Part shown: piece by piece, positions 48,091-58,515 of the stretch | How positions within the stretch are numbered: position 1 is the stretch's first letter | Layout of the letters: every line of letters begins with the position of its first letter | Assembly: GCA_019694135.1 (NCBI GenBank) | Contig: JAIBCM010000002.1 | Location: 22,143-86,142 of the forward strand | Length of the DNA: 64,000 nt | Source: Verrucomicrobiia bacterium | GTDB lineage: Bacteria > Verrucomicrobiota > Verrucomicrobiia > JADLBR01 > JAIBCM01 | Reading direction: 5' to 3' | Translations under genes and position numbers: made by a program | The notes under the pieces: model-generated | What the model was told of the DNA's origin: nothing | The model's input: the letters and a program-made list of their open reading frames with translations, nothing else | Databases searched by the model: none

Positions 48091-49659
48091 ATGATTTTGG
48101 AAAAGATTAAGGGAGTTTTGGGATTAGCACCCAAAAAACCTATTGTGGAAATGCTGATTAGCGTGGAAAAAATTGAAAAACGCGTGGCGCTTTTGGAAAA
48201 TGGGCGTTTGGAAGAGTTTCATATTGAGCGAAGGCGCGATATGACTTTGCCCGGTAGCATTTTTAAAGGGCGCGTGAAAAATATTGAACCAGGTTTGAAG
48301 GCGATGTTTGTTGATATTGGCGCTGAAAAAAATGCTTTTTTGCATTATTGGGATGCGATGCCTGCAGCTTTGGACGAAGTGGAAACGGTGGATCGCGGGC
48401 GAAAAAAAAGTGCGCGTAAACGAATTCAAGTTTCTGATATTCCCAAACTTTATCCTGAGGGTTCTGACGTCATTGTTCAGGTGACGAAGGGGCCAATAGG
48501 AACGAAGGGAGCTCGGCTGACTACGAATATTAGTATTCCTGGAAGGTTTTTGGTGTTAACGCCTTTTTCCGATCAGTTTGGAATCTCTCGAAAGATTGAA
48601 GCGCCGCAAGAACGTGCGCGCTTAAGAAAAATTTTGTCTCAACTGGAAGTGCCGGATGGTATTGGCGTAATTATTCGCACAGTGGGTGAGGGTCAGAAAG
48701 CTCGATTTTTTGTGCGCGATTTGGCGATTTTGTTGGAAAAATGGCGCGAAATTGAAATCGGGTTAGAGAAAAAATCGGCTCCGGTAGTTTTATTGCAGGA
48801 GTCGGATGTGGTAGAGCGAGCGGTGCGCGATTTTTTAACGGATGATGTGGATAGAATTATTGTGGATCAGGAGGAGGCTTACGAAAGGGTGCGTAAGACA
48901 GTGGAACAGATTTCGCGTCGTTCACTTAAGAAGGTGAAGTTGTATCAAGAAATGGTTCCTCTTTTTGAAAAGTTTGGCATTGAGCGGCAATTGGAAAATT
49001 CTTTTCAAAGAAAAGTGATGTTGAAGAGTGGCGCTTCGATTGTGGTTGATGAAACGGAAGCTTTAGTGGCGATTGATGTGAATACGGGTCGAACCAAGGT
49101 AGACGGCGCTAAAGAAAATACTATTTTAGCAACGAATTTAGAGGCAGCAGATGAAATTGCTCGCCAAATTCGGTTGCGCAATATGGGTGGGTTATTGATT
49201 TTGGATTTTATTGATATGAAATCGCGTCGCGATCAGCAGGCGGTTTATCAGCGTTTGCGACAAGCTTTATCGCGTGATAAGGCTAAGACGCATGTGTTGC
49301 CGATTTCGCCTTTGGGTTTAATTGAGATGACGCGACAACGCACGGAAGAGAGTGTGGCGCAGTCGCATTATCAGGATTGTCCACAGTGTGGGGGACGTGG
49401 CGTGATTAAAACGGCAGAAACGATGAGTGTAGAGGTGCAACGTGGTATTTCGCGTATTATGCGGCAGCATCCTGATGTTCATGAGTTACGTGTTTTTGTG
49501 AATCCGGTTTTATTAGATCGCTTGCGCAAAGAGGACGAAGAAGCATTAGTGGAGTTGGAGCGACGGTATGGGGGAAGATTGGCATTTCGTGCGGATCCTA
49601 AGTTGCATGCGGAAGAGTTTGTTGTTGTTAATGCTTTGACTGAAGAGGAGTTGAAGTAA
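48091..49659 (+). CDS. rng: Ribonuclease G (RNase E/G family)
   Basis: S1 domain, DNase-I-like catalytic region and a CPxCxGRG zinc link. At 522 aa, with no C-terminal scaffold, it matches RNase G rather than RNase E. Confidence 0.8.
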   Translation: MILEKIKGVLGLAPKKPIVEMLISVEKIEKRVALLENGRLEEFHIERRRDMTLPGSIFKGRVKNIEPGLKAMFVDIGAEKNAFLHYWDAMPAALDEVETVDRGRKKSARKRIQVSDIPKLYPEGSDVIVQVTKGPIGTKGARLTTNISIPGRFLVLTPFSDQFGISRKIEAPQERARLRKILSQLEVPDGIGVIIRTVGEGQKARFFVRDLAILLEKWREIEIGLEKKSAPVVLLQESDVVERAVRDFLTDDVDRIIVDQEEAYERVRKTVEQISRRSLKKVKLYQEMVPLFEKFGIERQLENSFQRKVMLKSGASIVVDETEALVAIDVNTGRTKVDGAKENTILATNLEAADEIARQIRLRNMGGLLILDFIDMKSRRDQQAVYQRLRQALSRDKAKTHVLPISPLGLIEMTRQRTEESVAQSHYQDCPQCGGRGVIKTAETMSVEVQRGISRIMRQHPDVHELRVFVNPVLLDRLRKEDEEALVELERRYGGRLAFRADPKLHAEEFVVVNALTEEELK

Positions 49660-49733
49660 ATTGTGTTGGGTTGATATTTTGGATTCACAAGCAAAGGGTT
49701 TTCGGTCAATCTACCAAATCTTTCTTGGATTTT

Positions 49734-49807
49734 CGGGCCGTGGCGTAGCTTGGTAGCGCGCTTCCTTGGGGTGGAAGAGGTCCCGGGTTCAAATCCCGGC
49801 GGCCCGA
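49734..49807 (+). tRNA. tRNA-Pro (anticodon GGG)
   Basis: Acceptor CGGGCCG/CGGCCCG with A73. Anticodon stem-loop CUUCC-UUGGGGU-GGAAG. T-arm CCGGGUUCAAAUCCCGG. Confidence 0.85.
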
Positions 49808-49886
49808 TTTAAATTATTAGGGGTTGATAGGGCTGTTTTTAAGACTTGGAAATCGAAGAAAATAGTTTTAGCTTTAGTGTATTGTT

Positions 49887-51008
49887 TTGAATTCGCCAAA
49901 TCCCCAACAACAAAAATTGTGGTATTACGCTCTGAGTGGGCTCAGCATTGCGGTTTTGGGTTTGTTGATTTATGGGTTGGGTTATCTTTTTGTTAAGACA
50001 GCGCTTTTTTTAAAATCGATTTTACTCCCGCTAGCGATTGCGGCTGTGGTGGCTTATTTAATGGAGCCAGTGGTTTGTCAGATGGGAAAATGGAAAATTA
50101 AACGACCGTGGGCAGTTTTGATTTTGTTTGGGGTAGTTATTTTAGTGCTGGTTGGGTTGGGATTATGGGTGGTGCCGTTAATCATTAATGAGATTAATAG
50201 TTTGATCGAAAATTTTGATACTTATTGGGATAAGTTGGTGGAGACGGTAACAGGTTGGGGACAGCAGATAGGTGCACAGTTTCAAATGCATCCTCAGTGG
50301 GCAGATCAAATTAAAAAATGGGGATCGACTTATGGTGTGCAGAGTGTTTCTACGATGGGGAAATGGTTGTTAAAAGGAGCGCAGCAAATTTCTACAGTGG
50401 TTGCGATGTCGATTGGTTTGACGATGGTGCCGCTTTTTGTTTTTTATTTTTTACAGGAAAGGCCAAAAATTGAAGCGAATTGGAAGCGTTATGTGCCATT
50501 GCGCCGAACTTGGTTTAAGGAAGAGGTCACGCATGTTTTGGAAAAAATTAATGAATATCTCATTGTTTTTTTTCGAGGCCAGGTTGTGGTGGCAGCTTGT
50601 ATTGGGTTGTTGAATAGTGTGGGTCTTGTTTTGATTGGGTTAGATTTTGGTTTGCTTATTGGAATTGTCAGTGGTGTGTTGAGCATTATTCCTTATTTGG
50701 GAATTATTTTAAGCATTACGCCGGCTTTGACGATTGCTTATTTGCAGTCGCAGGGGTTTTTGTTGCCAGGGTTGGTCGTGGTGGTGTTTGTGGTGACGCA
50801 AATGATCGAAGGATTTTTTATTACTCCCAAGATTATGGGAGATCGTGTGGGGTTGCATCCGTTGACAGTTATTATTGCGATTTTGTTTTGGAGCCAGGTT
50901 TTAGGAGGTATTTTGGGCGCTTTACTAGCGATTCCGTTGACGGCAACGGTGCGTGTTTTGTTTGTTCGTTATATTTTAAATCCTGATCGAGTGGAGGTAA
51001 AAGCATGA
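49887..51008 (+). CDS. AI-2E family transporter (PerM/UPF0118)
   Basis: Polytopic membrane protein about 370 aa long with the family's characteristic C-terminal region. Confidence 0.7.
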   Translation: MNSPNPQQQKLWYYALSGLSIAVLGLLIYGLGYLFVKTALFLKSILLPLAIAAVVAYLMEPVVCQMGKWKIKRPWAVLILFGVVILVLVGLGLWVVPLIINEINSLIENFDTYWDKLVETVTGWGQQIGAQFQMHPQWADQIKKWGSTYGVQSVSTMGKWLLKGAQQISTVVAMSIGLTMVPLFVFYFLQERPKIEANWKRYVPLRRTWFKEEVTHVLEKINEYLIVFFRGQVVVAACIGLLNSVGLVLIGLDFGLLIGIVSGVLSIIPYLGIILSITPALTIAYLQSQGFLLPGLVVVVFVVTQMIEGFFITPKIMGDRVGLHPLTVIIAILFWSQVLGGILGALLAIPLTATVRVLFVRYILNPDRVEVKA

Positions 51009-51688
51009 AATGGTTTAACGGTTTTATCATGAGTTTTTGTCTTTTAGCGCTTGCCGCTTGTGTGAATACTCATATGGGAGGGGGTAAGACGGAAGGACGT
51101 TTGAATGCATCTTGGTATGGCGAACAATTTCATGGGCGACAAACGGCATCGGGCGAGGTTTATAATATGTATGATAAAACGGCTGCGCATCGTTCTTTAC
51201 CGTTTGGAACTTTGCTACGGGTAAGAAATTTGGCTAATCAAAGGGTGACAACGGTAAAGGTGAATGATCGCGGTCCTTTTGTTCGAGGGCGAGATTTGGA
51301 TCTTTCTTATGCGGCGGCCAAGGATTTGGATATGATATCGCAAGGGGTAGCGGAGGTTTATGTTGAAAATTTAGGTCGTGCAGGAGGTTATCAAAAAACG
51401 GTGCAGGTGGCAGCGCCCGTGGCGCAAGCCGAATCGATTCCGCGAGCGGAGCCGGTGGGGCAGGCGTTGCCTGTTACGATTCAGGTGGGTTCTTTTCGAG
51501 AAAAGGAAAATGCGGAACATGTCAGAGAAGGGTTGGCTTTGAATTATTCGTCTGTTTTTATCGAAGAGGCAAAGGATCAAGGGGTCTATCGGGTCCGAGT
51601 GGGACATTTTGCGAGTCGTGAAGAGGCGGATCCTACGGCGCAACAATTGGCTCAAGAGGGTTATTCGGCTTGGATCGTTGCGGATTAA
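51005..51688 (+). CDS. rlpA: Septal ring lytic transglycosylase RlpA (DPBB domain + SPOR domain lipoprotein)
   Basis: Lipobox LLALAAC. The DPBB motif is ASWYGEQFHGRQTASGEVYNMYDKTAAHRSLPFGT. The C-terminus is a SPOR domain. Confidence 0.85.
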   Translation: MKWFNGFIMSFCLLALAACVNTHMGGGKTEGRLNASWYGEQFHGRQTASGEVYNMYDKTAAHRSLPFGTLLRVRNLANQRVTTVKVNDRGPFVRGRDLDLSYAAAKDLDMISQGVAEVYVENLGRAGGYQKTVQVAAPVAQAESIPRAEPVGQALPVTIQVGSFREKENAEHVREGLALNYSSVFIEEAKDQGVYRVRVGHFASREEADPTAQQLAQEGYSAWIVAD

Positions 51689-51718
51689 GCAAATGCGTTT
51701 TAAAGAATAAATTTTTAT

Positions 51719-52156
51719 TTATTTTTCTTGGTTTCGAAATTGGGAACGATACGTCCAGTAAAGGCCACTTCCCATAGCTCCGATTAAATAAGCGAAGATA
51801 TCTTTAGTGTCGGCAGTTCCTTTTTTCCAGAATAGGGGAAAAAGCCATTCCATCAAAAATGACCAGAGCAGCGTGTGATAGAAAATTTCTTGCCACGTAG
51901 GAAAAGCCTTTTCCGGTCGCAAATGAAAGCGCGCATGAATCCATAACACAAGTGGTAAAACGCAGGGGATGAATAAGAGATCATTAAAATAGTTTTTAAA
52001 AAAGGGAGCAACCCAATGACTGGGCTTAATTAAAAATCGATTAATTCCATACAAGGAGCTGCTGTATAGACAAAGTGGGTCCCGATAATAGTGGAAGCGA
52101 GATGCTTTGTTATTTTTAACAAAGCGCATACACCGACATTGCAGTAGCAATCGCAA
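51719..52156 (-). CDS. Hypothetical small membrane protein
   Basis: 145-aa ORF with 3-4 hydrophobic helices. I recognise no family. Confidence 0.35.
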   Translation of the reverse strand: MRLLLQCRCMRFVKNNKASRFHYYRDPLCLYSSSLYGINRFLIKPSHWVAPFFKNYFNDLLFIPCVLPLVLWIHARFHLRPEKAFPTWQEIFYHTLLWSFLMEWLFPLFWKKGTADTKDIFAYLIGAMGSGLYWTYRSQFRNQEK

Positions 52157-52239
52157 TCAATAATTTGGCTATTACCATCATTTCTTTACTATAAAATAAA
52201 TTTTTAAAAAAACCTAACGTTATCTTTAAAAAATGAAAA

Positions 52240-52311
52240 AGGCGAGGGTCGGAATCGAACCGACGCATAAGGCTTTTGCAGAGCCCTGCCTTACCACTTG
52301 GCTACCCCGCC
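52240..52311 (-). tRNA. tRNA-Cys (anticodon GCA)
   Basis: Acceptor GGCGGGG/CCUCGCC with the U73 discriminator typical of Cys. Anticodon loop CUGCAAA. T-arm GUCGGUUCGAUUCCGAC. Confidence 0.85.
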
Positions 52312-52396
52312 GCTTAATATTTCAAATTTGTCCCGCCTTGGCGGGATTAGATTTCAAACTGTAGATCTCAAATTTGAAATTTCAAATCTCAAATTT

Positions 52397-54205
52397 TTAC
52401 AAGCCACTGCCCGCTTTTAATTTTTCCGCTTTGCGAAATGGGCCGCTACCATCTTTTTCTGTGATGATGTCGCGATAAGTGTGTCCCGATGGAATCATGG
52501 GCAACACATGTTCGGTGTAAGGTACGATGACATCAAGAACGTAAGGTTCCCGACTTTCGAGCATGCGTTTCAATGCACCATCCAGGTCTTTTTTATGCGT
52601 GACTCGTTCACAAGGAACACCGAAACTTTCGCACATTTTCACGTAATCCGGGTAGATTCGTTTCGGATCGCGTGGATCACCCAAGAAAGTGTGGCCCCGA
52701 TTGCTTTGATAAAAACGATCTTCCCATTGCACCACCATGCCGAGATGTTGATTGTTTAAAATCAAAGCTTTCGCTGCGATGCGTTCGATATGGGCGGTGG
52801 CCAATTCTTGAATGTTCATGACAAAACTGCCGTCGCCATCGATGTCGACGACTTCTTTGTCAGGTCGTGCAAGTTTAGCACCGATAGCCGCAGGATAACC
52901 AAAGCCCATAGCGCCCAAGCCGGCTGAGGTGATAAAACTGCGAGGTTCGTTGTAATCGTAATATTGGGCTGCCCACATCTGGTGCTGGCCTACACCTGTG
53001 GTAATGATAGCGTCGCCTTTAGCCATTTCATAAAGTCGACGAATCGCATATTGCGGTTGAACCGTGTCAGGCGTGTCATTGAAATGGAAAGGATAATTGC
53101 GTCGCCATTCCGCAATTTTTTCGCGCCATTTTTTAAATTGGTTTTTATCGATAGGATTTTTATCCAATAAACGATTTAATAATCGCAATGCATCGCGAAT
53201 ATCGCATTGGATGGGTAGTTGCACGATTTTATTTTTGTTGATTTCAGAATTGTCGATGTCGATATGGACAATGGTGCCATGTTCGGCAAATTTTTCGACT
53301 TTGCCCGTCACGCGATCATCAAATCGCACGCCAAATGCCAACAAAAGATCGGCTTCGTTCACAGCGTTATTGGCATACACCGTGCCATGCATACCAAGCC
53401 ATTTCATGGAAAGCGGATGTTTTTCCGGGAAAGCGCTAATGCCCATAATCGTGGTAGCAACGGGAATACCCGTTTTTTCAGCGAACTCTTTGAGTTCCTT
53501 GTGAGCGTTGGAAGAAATAATGCCACCACCAACGTAAAGTGTGGGGCGTTCTGATTTGCTAATTAAACCGATCACCTCATTCAGAGCTGTTAAGTCAGGT
53601 TCTTGAGGAGTTTGATAGCCACGCAGATTAATTTTATCAGGGAAAACGGGTTGCGTTTTACTTTGTTGAATATTTTTAGGAATATCAATCAGCACAGGGC
53701 CCGGACGACCGGATTGAGCAATATAAAAAGCTTCTTTCACAGTGCGCGGGATATCGTTAACATCCGTTACTAGATAACTGTGTTTCACGATAGGCACTGT
53801 TACGCCAAACACGTCAGTTTCCTGAAAAGCGCCTTTGCCAATCATAAAAGTGGGCACTTGTCCCGTGATAGCGACTAAGGGAATGCTATCAAGATAAGCA
53901 TCGGCAATGCCTGTGACTAGATTCGTTGCACCCGGACCCGAAGTAGCCAAGCAAACACCTGCCTTACCCGTAGCGCGTGCGTAACCTTCCGCGCCAAAAA
54001 CACCGCCTTGTTCATGGCGTGGGAGCACTGTGCGAATTTTGCGCGAACGCGTTAATGACTGGTGCATTTCCATACTGGCGCCCCCTGGATAAGCAAAGAG
54101 AGCCTCAACACCTTCGCGTTCCAAGCATTGCACTAAAAGGTCTGCGCCTTTAGTCGGTTCGCCGATGCGGGTTTTGGACGTAATTTTAGCTGAACGACTT
54201 TTCAT
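52397..54205 (-). CDS. ilvB: Acetolactate synthase large subunit (TPP enzyme)
   Basis: 602 aa with the TPP-binding motif GDGSF...N and FAD-binding region. No ilvN small-subunit gene lies adjacent. Confidence 0.8.
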   Translation of the reverse strand: MKSRSAKITSKTRIGEPTKGADLLVQCLEREGVEALFAYPGGASMEMHQSLTRSRKIRTVLPRHEQGGVFGAEGYARATGKAGVCLATSGPGATNLVTGIADAYLDSIPLVAITGQVPTFMIGKGAFQETDVFGVTVPIVKHSYLVTDVNDIPRTVKEAFYIAQSGRPGPVLIDIPKNIQQSKTQPVFPDKINLRGYQTPQEPDLTALNEVIGLISKSERPTLYVGGGIISSNAHKELKEFAEKTGIPVATTIMGISAFPEKHPLSMKWLGMHGTVYANNAVNEADLLLAFGVRFDDRVTGKVEKFAEHGTIVHIDIDNSEINKNKIVQLPIQCDIRDALRLLNRLLDKNPIDKNQFKKWREKIAEWRRNYPFHFNDTPDTVQPQYAIRRLYEMAKGDAIITTGVGQHQMWAAQYYDYNEPRSFITSAGLGAMGFGYPAAIGAKLARPDKEVVDIDGDGSFVMNIQELATAHIERIAAKALILNNQHLGMVVQWEDRFYQSNRGHTFLGDPRDPKRIYPDYVKMCESFGVPCERVTHKKDLDGALKRMLESREPYVLDVIVPYTEHVLPMIPSGHTYRDIITEKDGSGPFRKAEKLKAGSGL

Positions 54206-54305
54206 AACGAAACGAACCCTAGCGATAATGAAGGGAGGTTACAAGCCATCATTAAAAACCCATTGACGATTTTGAGAAGGATGCTAGGTTGCCAAGCTTA
54301 TTGAC

Positions 54306-54737
54306 ATGAAAACGTATAGTGCAAAAGTTTCGGAAATAACGCCTAAGTGGTATATTATTGATGCGACTGACCAGGTTTTGGGCAAGGTGGCAGAGCGTGC
54401 AGCAGTGGTGCTGCGAGGTAAACATAAGGCGACTTTTACTTCTCACATTGATACAGGGGATTATGTGATTGTGATTAATGCCGAAAAAGTGCGGGTAACA
54501 GGCAAAAAGGAAACGCAAAAAGAATATATGAGTTTTTCCGGTTATGTGGGAGGCCATAAATCAGAAACTTTTGCCGCGCGACGTCAGCGTCGTCCTGAGC
54601 TATTGATTGAAAAAGCAGTTAGTGGCATGATTCCGCATAATCGTTTGGGTAGGCAAATTATTAAAAAATTAAAAGTTTATCGCGGTGCGGAACATCCGCA
54701 TGAAGCGCAGTCACCGGTAAAAATGGCGCTTCGCTAG
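54306..54737 (+). CDS. rplM: 50S ribosomal protein L13
   Basis: Conserved N-terminus KTYSAK...KWYIIDA. Confidence 0.9.
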   Translation: MKTYSAKVSEITPKWYIIDATDQVLGKVAERAAVVLRGKHKATFTSHIDTGDYVIVINAEKVRVTGKKETQKEYMSFSGYVGGHKSETFAARRQRRPELLIEKAVSGMIPHNRLGRQIIKKLKVYRGAEHPHEAQSPVKMALR

Positions 54738-54758
54738 TGATTTAATTGAAGTAAAATT

Positions 54759-55148
54759 ATGAGTGAAAAAATTCAAGCAACAGGTCGACGCAAAACTGCT
54801 GTAGCCAGCGTGACTTTAAGTGAAGGTAAAGGAGAAATCCAAGTAAACGGCCGAGATTTTGAAGATTATTTTTGCACCTCCTCAATGCGAGAGCAGGTTT
54901 TAGCTTCGTTAACAGCAGTCGAAGCGCATAAAGCGTTTGATGTGGCGATTAAAGCAACAGGTGGAGGGCTTTCAGGCCAAGCCGTTGCCGCTCGACACGC
55001 TCTAGCGCGCGCTTTAATCAAGGTTAATCCCGATTATCGTGCCAAGTTAAAAGATCTGGGTTACTTAAAACGGGATCCCCGCATGCGCGAACGCAAAAAG
55101 CCGGGTCAACCTGGGGCTCGCAAGCGCTTTCAATTTTCTAAGCGATAA
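54759..55148 (+). CDS. rpsI: 30S ribosomal protein S9
   Basis: C-terminal motif GGGLSGQAVAARHALARAL...RDPRMRERKKPG..KARK. Confidence 0.9.
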   Translation: MSEKIQATGRRKTAVASVTLSEGKGEIQVNGRDFEDYFCTSSMREQVLASLTAVEAHKAFDVAIKATGGGLSGQAVAARHALARALIKVNPDYRAKLKDLGYLKRDPRMRERKKPGQPGARKRFQFSKR

Positions 55149-55315
55149 TTTTGATATTCTCGATAGCATAGGTTGCATGTTGGCATCCTGTAGATTCTCT
55201 AAAACTTTTTCCTAAAGTTTTATAAGGGTTTTCTTTCTTTTTTTACGAAAATTTTTTTGAGTTTGCTATATTTTGCTACCAGAGCAGCTGCTCTAAAGAA
55301 TTTAAGGCAATAAAA

Positions 55316-55343
55316 AAGCCGCTCAGCAGGTGCTGGACGGCTT
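55316..55343. terminator. Bidirectional rho-independent terminator between rpsI and the SWIB gene
   Basis: Stem aagccg...cggctt with an inner cagca/tgctg pair. An A-run lies 5' and a T-run 3' of the stem. Confidence 0.6.
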
Positions 55344-55365
55344 GAAATTTTTTAACAGATTAAAC

Positions 55366-55644
55366 TTATTTTAAATGTTTGTTAACGAGTTTGGTCATTT
55401 CAAACATGCTAACAGAATTTTTTCCGCCAAAAACTGTTTTTAAAGCGGCATCTGCATTGATTTGGGTGCGCACTTTTTTATCTTGCAGGTCATGTTTACG
55501 AATATAAGCCCACAGTTTTTTGGTAAGCTCAGTTCGGGGAAGAGGTTTTTCACCTACTACAGCTGATAAAGCAGCGTCGGGTTGCACTGGTTTCATAAAA
55601 GCTGCATTAGGTTTACGAGTAGATTTCTTTTTAGTTGTTGCCAT
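55366..55644 (-). CDS. SWIB/MDM2-domain protein (92 aa)
   Basis: The motif LSAVVGEKPLPRTELTKKLWAYIRKHDLQD...MFEMTKLVNKHL matches the SWIB domain. Confidence 0.75.
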   Translation of the reverse strand: MATTKKKSTRKPNAAFMKPVQPDAALSAVVGEKPLPRTELTKKLWAYIRKHDLQDKKVRTQINADAALKTVFGGKNSVSMFEMTKLVNKHLK

Positions 55645-55785
55645 AGTTTTTTATTTTTTGTTTAAGGTTTAAAATTTGGGAGTCATCTCCTTTTTCTGCC
55701 TCTAGGAATTAGAGGGTAGAAGGCGAGTTTGCAATAGAAATATTTGTTTTTTTCTTTGATGTGTTTCCCAAAATTTATGGAGTGT

Positions 55786-57621
55786 TTAAGGAAGTGGCGG
55801 TTGCCATTGTTGAGGCGCACGCATGAGTCTTCCAATCAAAGCTTCTCTTTCAGCGAGCAGTTCTTGAGGTAAACGGTCGTAAAGTTTGAAGAAAAATTCT
55901 TCGTGAAGCAGTGTTTCTTTTTTCCAAATTTCGGTGTCGATGGACATGAGTTGGGAAAATTTTTCTGGTGGCATTTCTAGTCCTTTCCATTCGATGTCTT
56001 GATAACGTGGCACCCAACCGAGCGGACTTTCGATGGAGCGAACGCGACCGTGAACGCGGTCGATGATCCATTTTAGGACGCGCATGTTGTCGCCAAAGCC
56101 CGGCCATAGGAAGTTGCCGTTTTCATCTTTTCGAAACCAGTTGACGTGAAAAATTCTTGGCGGGTTATGTAAGTGTGCGCCGATATTGAGCCAATGACGA
56201 AAATAGTCGGCCATGTGATAACCGCAAAATGGGAGCATGGCCATGGGGTCGCGCCGAATTTCGCCGATTTTACCGGCAGCAGCAGCAGTGGTTTCGGAGC
56301 CCATGGTGGCTGCGAGGTAGACGCCGTGTTGCCATTGAAAGGCTTGAAAAACGAGCGGCACCTGCGAGGATCGGCGTCCACCAAAAATGAAAGCGCTAAT
56401 GGGTAGGCCCATCGGATTTTCCCAGTCCGGATCGATAGAAGGGCATTGTTGGGCGGGGGCGGTGAAGCGCGCATTAGGATGAGCTGCTTTGCGGCCACAG
56501 TCGGGTGTCCAGGGTTGACCTTGCCAGTCAGTGAGTTGAGGTGGGGGGACATCGGTTAAACCTTCCCACCAGACATCTTTATCGGGAGTTAAGGCGACAT
56601 TGGTAAAGATCGTGTTTTTTTCGATGGTTTTGATGGCGTTGGGATTGGATTTTTGGGAGGTGCCAGGGGCTACTCCGAAGTAGCCGGCTTCCGGATTGAT
56701 CGCATAGAGACGGCCGTCTGGTCCAGGCTTGATCCAGGCGATATCATCACCTGCGGTCCAAATTTTCCAACCATGAAAGGCTGTTTGTGGTGGGATGAGC
56801 ATGGCAAAATTGGTTTTGCCGCAAGCGCTAGGGAAGGCTGCTGCCACATAAGTTTTTTCGCCATTGGGCGATTCGACACCCAGGATGAGCATATGTTCGG
56901 CCATCCAACCTTCTTCTTGGGCCATGCAAGAGGCGATTCTTAAAGCAAAGCATTTTTTGCCAAGAAGTGCGTTGCCACCATAGCCGCTTCCGTAAGACCA
57001 AATGGATCGTTCTTCGGGAAAATGGACAATATATTTATGTTCTTTGTTACAAGGCCAAGGGATATCTTTTTGGCCGGGTTTTAAAGGCATGCCGACGGAA
57101 TGGAGGCAGGGCACGAAGTCGCCTTCTTCTCCTAGCAAATCGAGCACTTTTTTACCCATTCGCGTCATGATGCGCATGTGGCAGACGACGTAGGGCGAGT
57201 CGGTGATTTCAACGCCGATGTGAGAAATGTGTGATCCTAGTGGGCCCATGCTAAAGGGAACGACGTAAAGGATGCGTCCTTTCATGCAACCTCGAAACAA
57301 GTTGTTAAGAATCGCTTTCATTTCGCGAGGTGGCATCCAATTATTAGTGGGGCCAGCATCTTCGCGACGTAAACTGCAGATAAAGGTGCGATCTTCGACT
57401 CGAGCGACATCGGAAGGGTCGGATAAAGCCAAAAAACTATTGGGACGCTTTTCTGGATTAAGTCGTTGGAAGGTGCCGGTCTGGAGCATTTTTTCGCAGA
57501 GTGCATCGTATTCTGCTTGAGAACCGTCGCACCAATGGATGTCATCGGGTTGGTAAAGTTCTGCCATTTCTTTGACCCAGGCAATTAGTTTTTGATTTTT
57601 TGTAGGAGGAGAAAATTTCAT
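55786..57621 (-). CDS. pckG: Phosphoenolpyruvate carboxykinase (GTP)
   Basis: 611 aa with the GTP-PEPCK kinase-1a motif [10 protein letters not shown] and the conserved FGGRR region. Confidence 0.9.
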   Translation of the reverse strand: MKFSPPTKNQKLIAWVKEMAELYQPDDIHWCDGSQAEYDALCEKMLQTGTFQRLNPEKRPNSFLALSDPSDVARVEDRTFICSLRREDAGPTNNWMPPREMKAILNNLFRGCMKGRILYVVPFSMGPLGSHISHIGVEITDSPYVVCHMRIMTRMGKKVLDLLGEEGDFVPCLHSVGMPLKPGQKDIPWPCNKEHKYIVHFPEERSIWSYGSGYGGNALLGKKCFALRIASCMAQEEGWMAEHMLILGVESPNGEKTYVAAAFPSACGKTNFAMLIPPQTAFHGWKIWTAGDDIAWIKPGPDGRLYAINPEAGYFGVAPGTSQKSNPNAIKTIEKNTIFTNVALTPDKDVWWEGLTDVPPPQLTDWQGQPWTPDCGRKAAHPNARFTAPAQQCPSIDPDWENPMGLPISAFIFGGRRSSQVPLVFQAFQWQHGVYLAATMGSETTAAAAGKIGEIRRDPMAMLPFCGYHMADYFRHWLNIGAHLHNPPRIFHVNWFRKDENGNFLWPGFGDNMRVLKWIIDRVHGRVRSIESPLGWVPRYQDIEWKGLEMPPEKFSQLMSIDTEIWKKETLLHEEFFFKLYDRLPQELLAEREALIGRLMRAPQQWQPPLP

Positions 57622-57748
57622 ATTGTTAGGTTTTTCTTAACAGCTTTTGATGAGAGTGCAAGCTCACGCCATTTAATGTTTGGGGACTAACTATCGACAA
57701 ATTTTCAGGGCTTGCGCTGTTGAAATCTGTCCCTTAAAGAAAGAGGCG

Positions 57749-58300
57749 ATGACTTATCATATTTCATTAAAAGTCGTAGCGATTGTTTTAGGAATTTTAA
57801 TCGGTGGTGGCGGGCTCTTGGGCCTTCTATTTTCAGAAAAAATACGATTGGGCGCTAAGCATTTTCCGAGAAATTATTTTTGGGGTGTAGTGCTAATGGT
57901 GATTGCTATGGCTTGGACAGCTTGGTTGATTTCATTTGTGGATTTGGGGGAATACAGTGGTATTCGGCATTGGATGATTTTAGCGGTGATGTTGTTGGGT
58001 TTTGCTACGATTATTTTTTTGCCCGATTTTTTAACAGCACGAGCATTAGGGGTATTATTATTGTTAGGCGCTGAGGTTTTGTTAAGTGCAGCTTTCCCGT
58101 TGGAAAAGTCGAGTCGTTACGTGATTACGATTTTGGCTTATGTGTGGGTGATAGCAGGTATGATTTTTGTCGCTTTGCCTTATCGTTTACGCGATTTATT
58201 GTTTTGGGTTTGTGAGTCTTCAATCCGTTTTCGTGTTGGAGCTTGGATTCGGCTTATTTTGGGTCTGATTTTGGTGGGGTTGGGCGTTTTTGCTTACTAG
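57749..58300 (+). CDS. Hypothetical polytopic membrane protein
   Basis: Five or six predicted TM helices. I place the start at MTYHISLKV. Confidence 0.4.
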   Translation: MTYHISLKVVAIVLGILIGGGGLLGLLFSEKIRLGAKHFPRNYFWGVVLMVIAMAWTAWLISFVDLGEYSGIRHWMILAVMLLGFATIIFLPDFLTARALGVLLLLGAEVLLSAAFPLEKSSRYVITILAYVWVIAGMIFVALPYRLRDLLFWVCESSIRFRVGAWIRLILGLILVGLGVFAY

Positions 58301-58515
58301 TAATTAGTATTCAGTTTTTTCAGTATTCAGAATTAGTAATTAAAAATAATGCTTTGATTTCAAATAGTTTATATCTTTTCAGGCTGCTTTAAACTTGTCG
58401 CTGTCTTTCATTTTGGGTATATCTAAAGCGAGGGACGGTGATTTCTCTTGGCAGTCAAGCTGGTCAAGTCGCTCCCTTTTTCAAAAATAAATTTCAAGAG
58501 TTACAGGAGTGTTTT

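Noticed and set aside
58301-58437. Duplicated agtattcag words and a partial inverted repeat upstream of the SDH-like gene
   Set aside because: The repeats are imperfect and short, and the apparent palindrome does not hold base by base. It is likely just an AT-rich promoter region.
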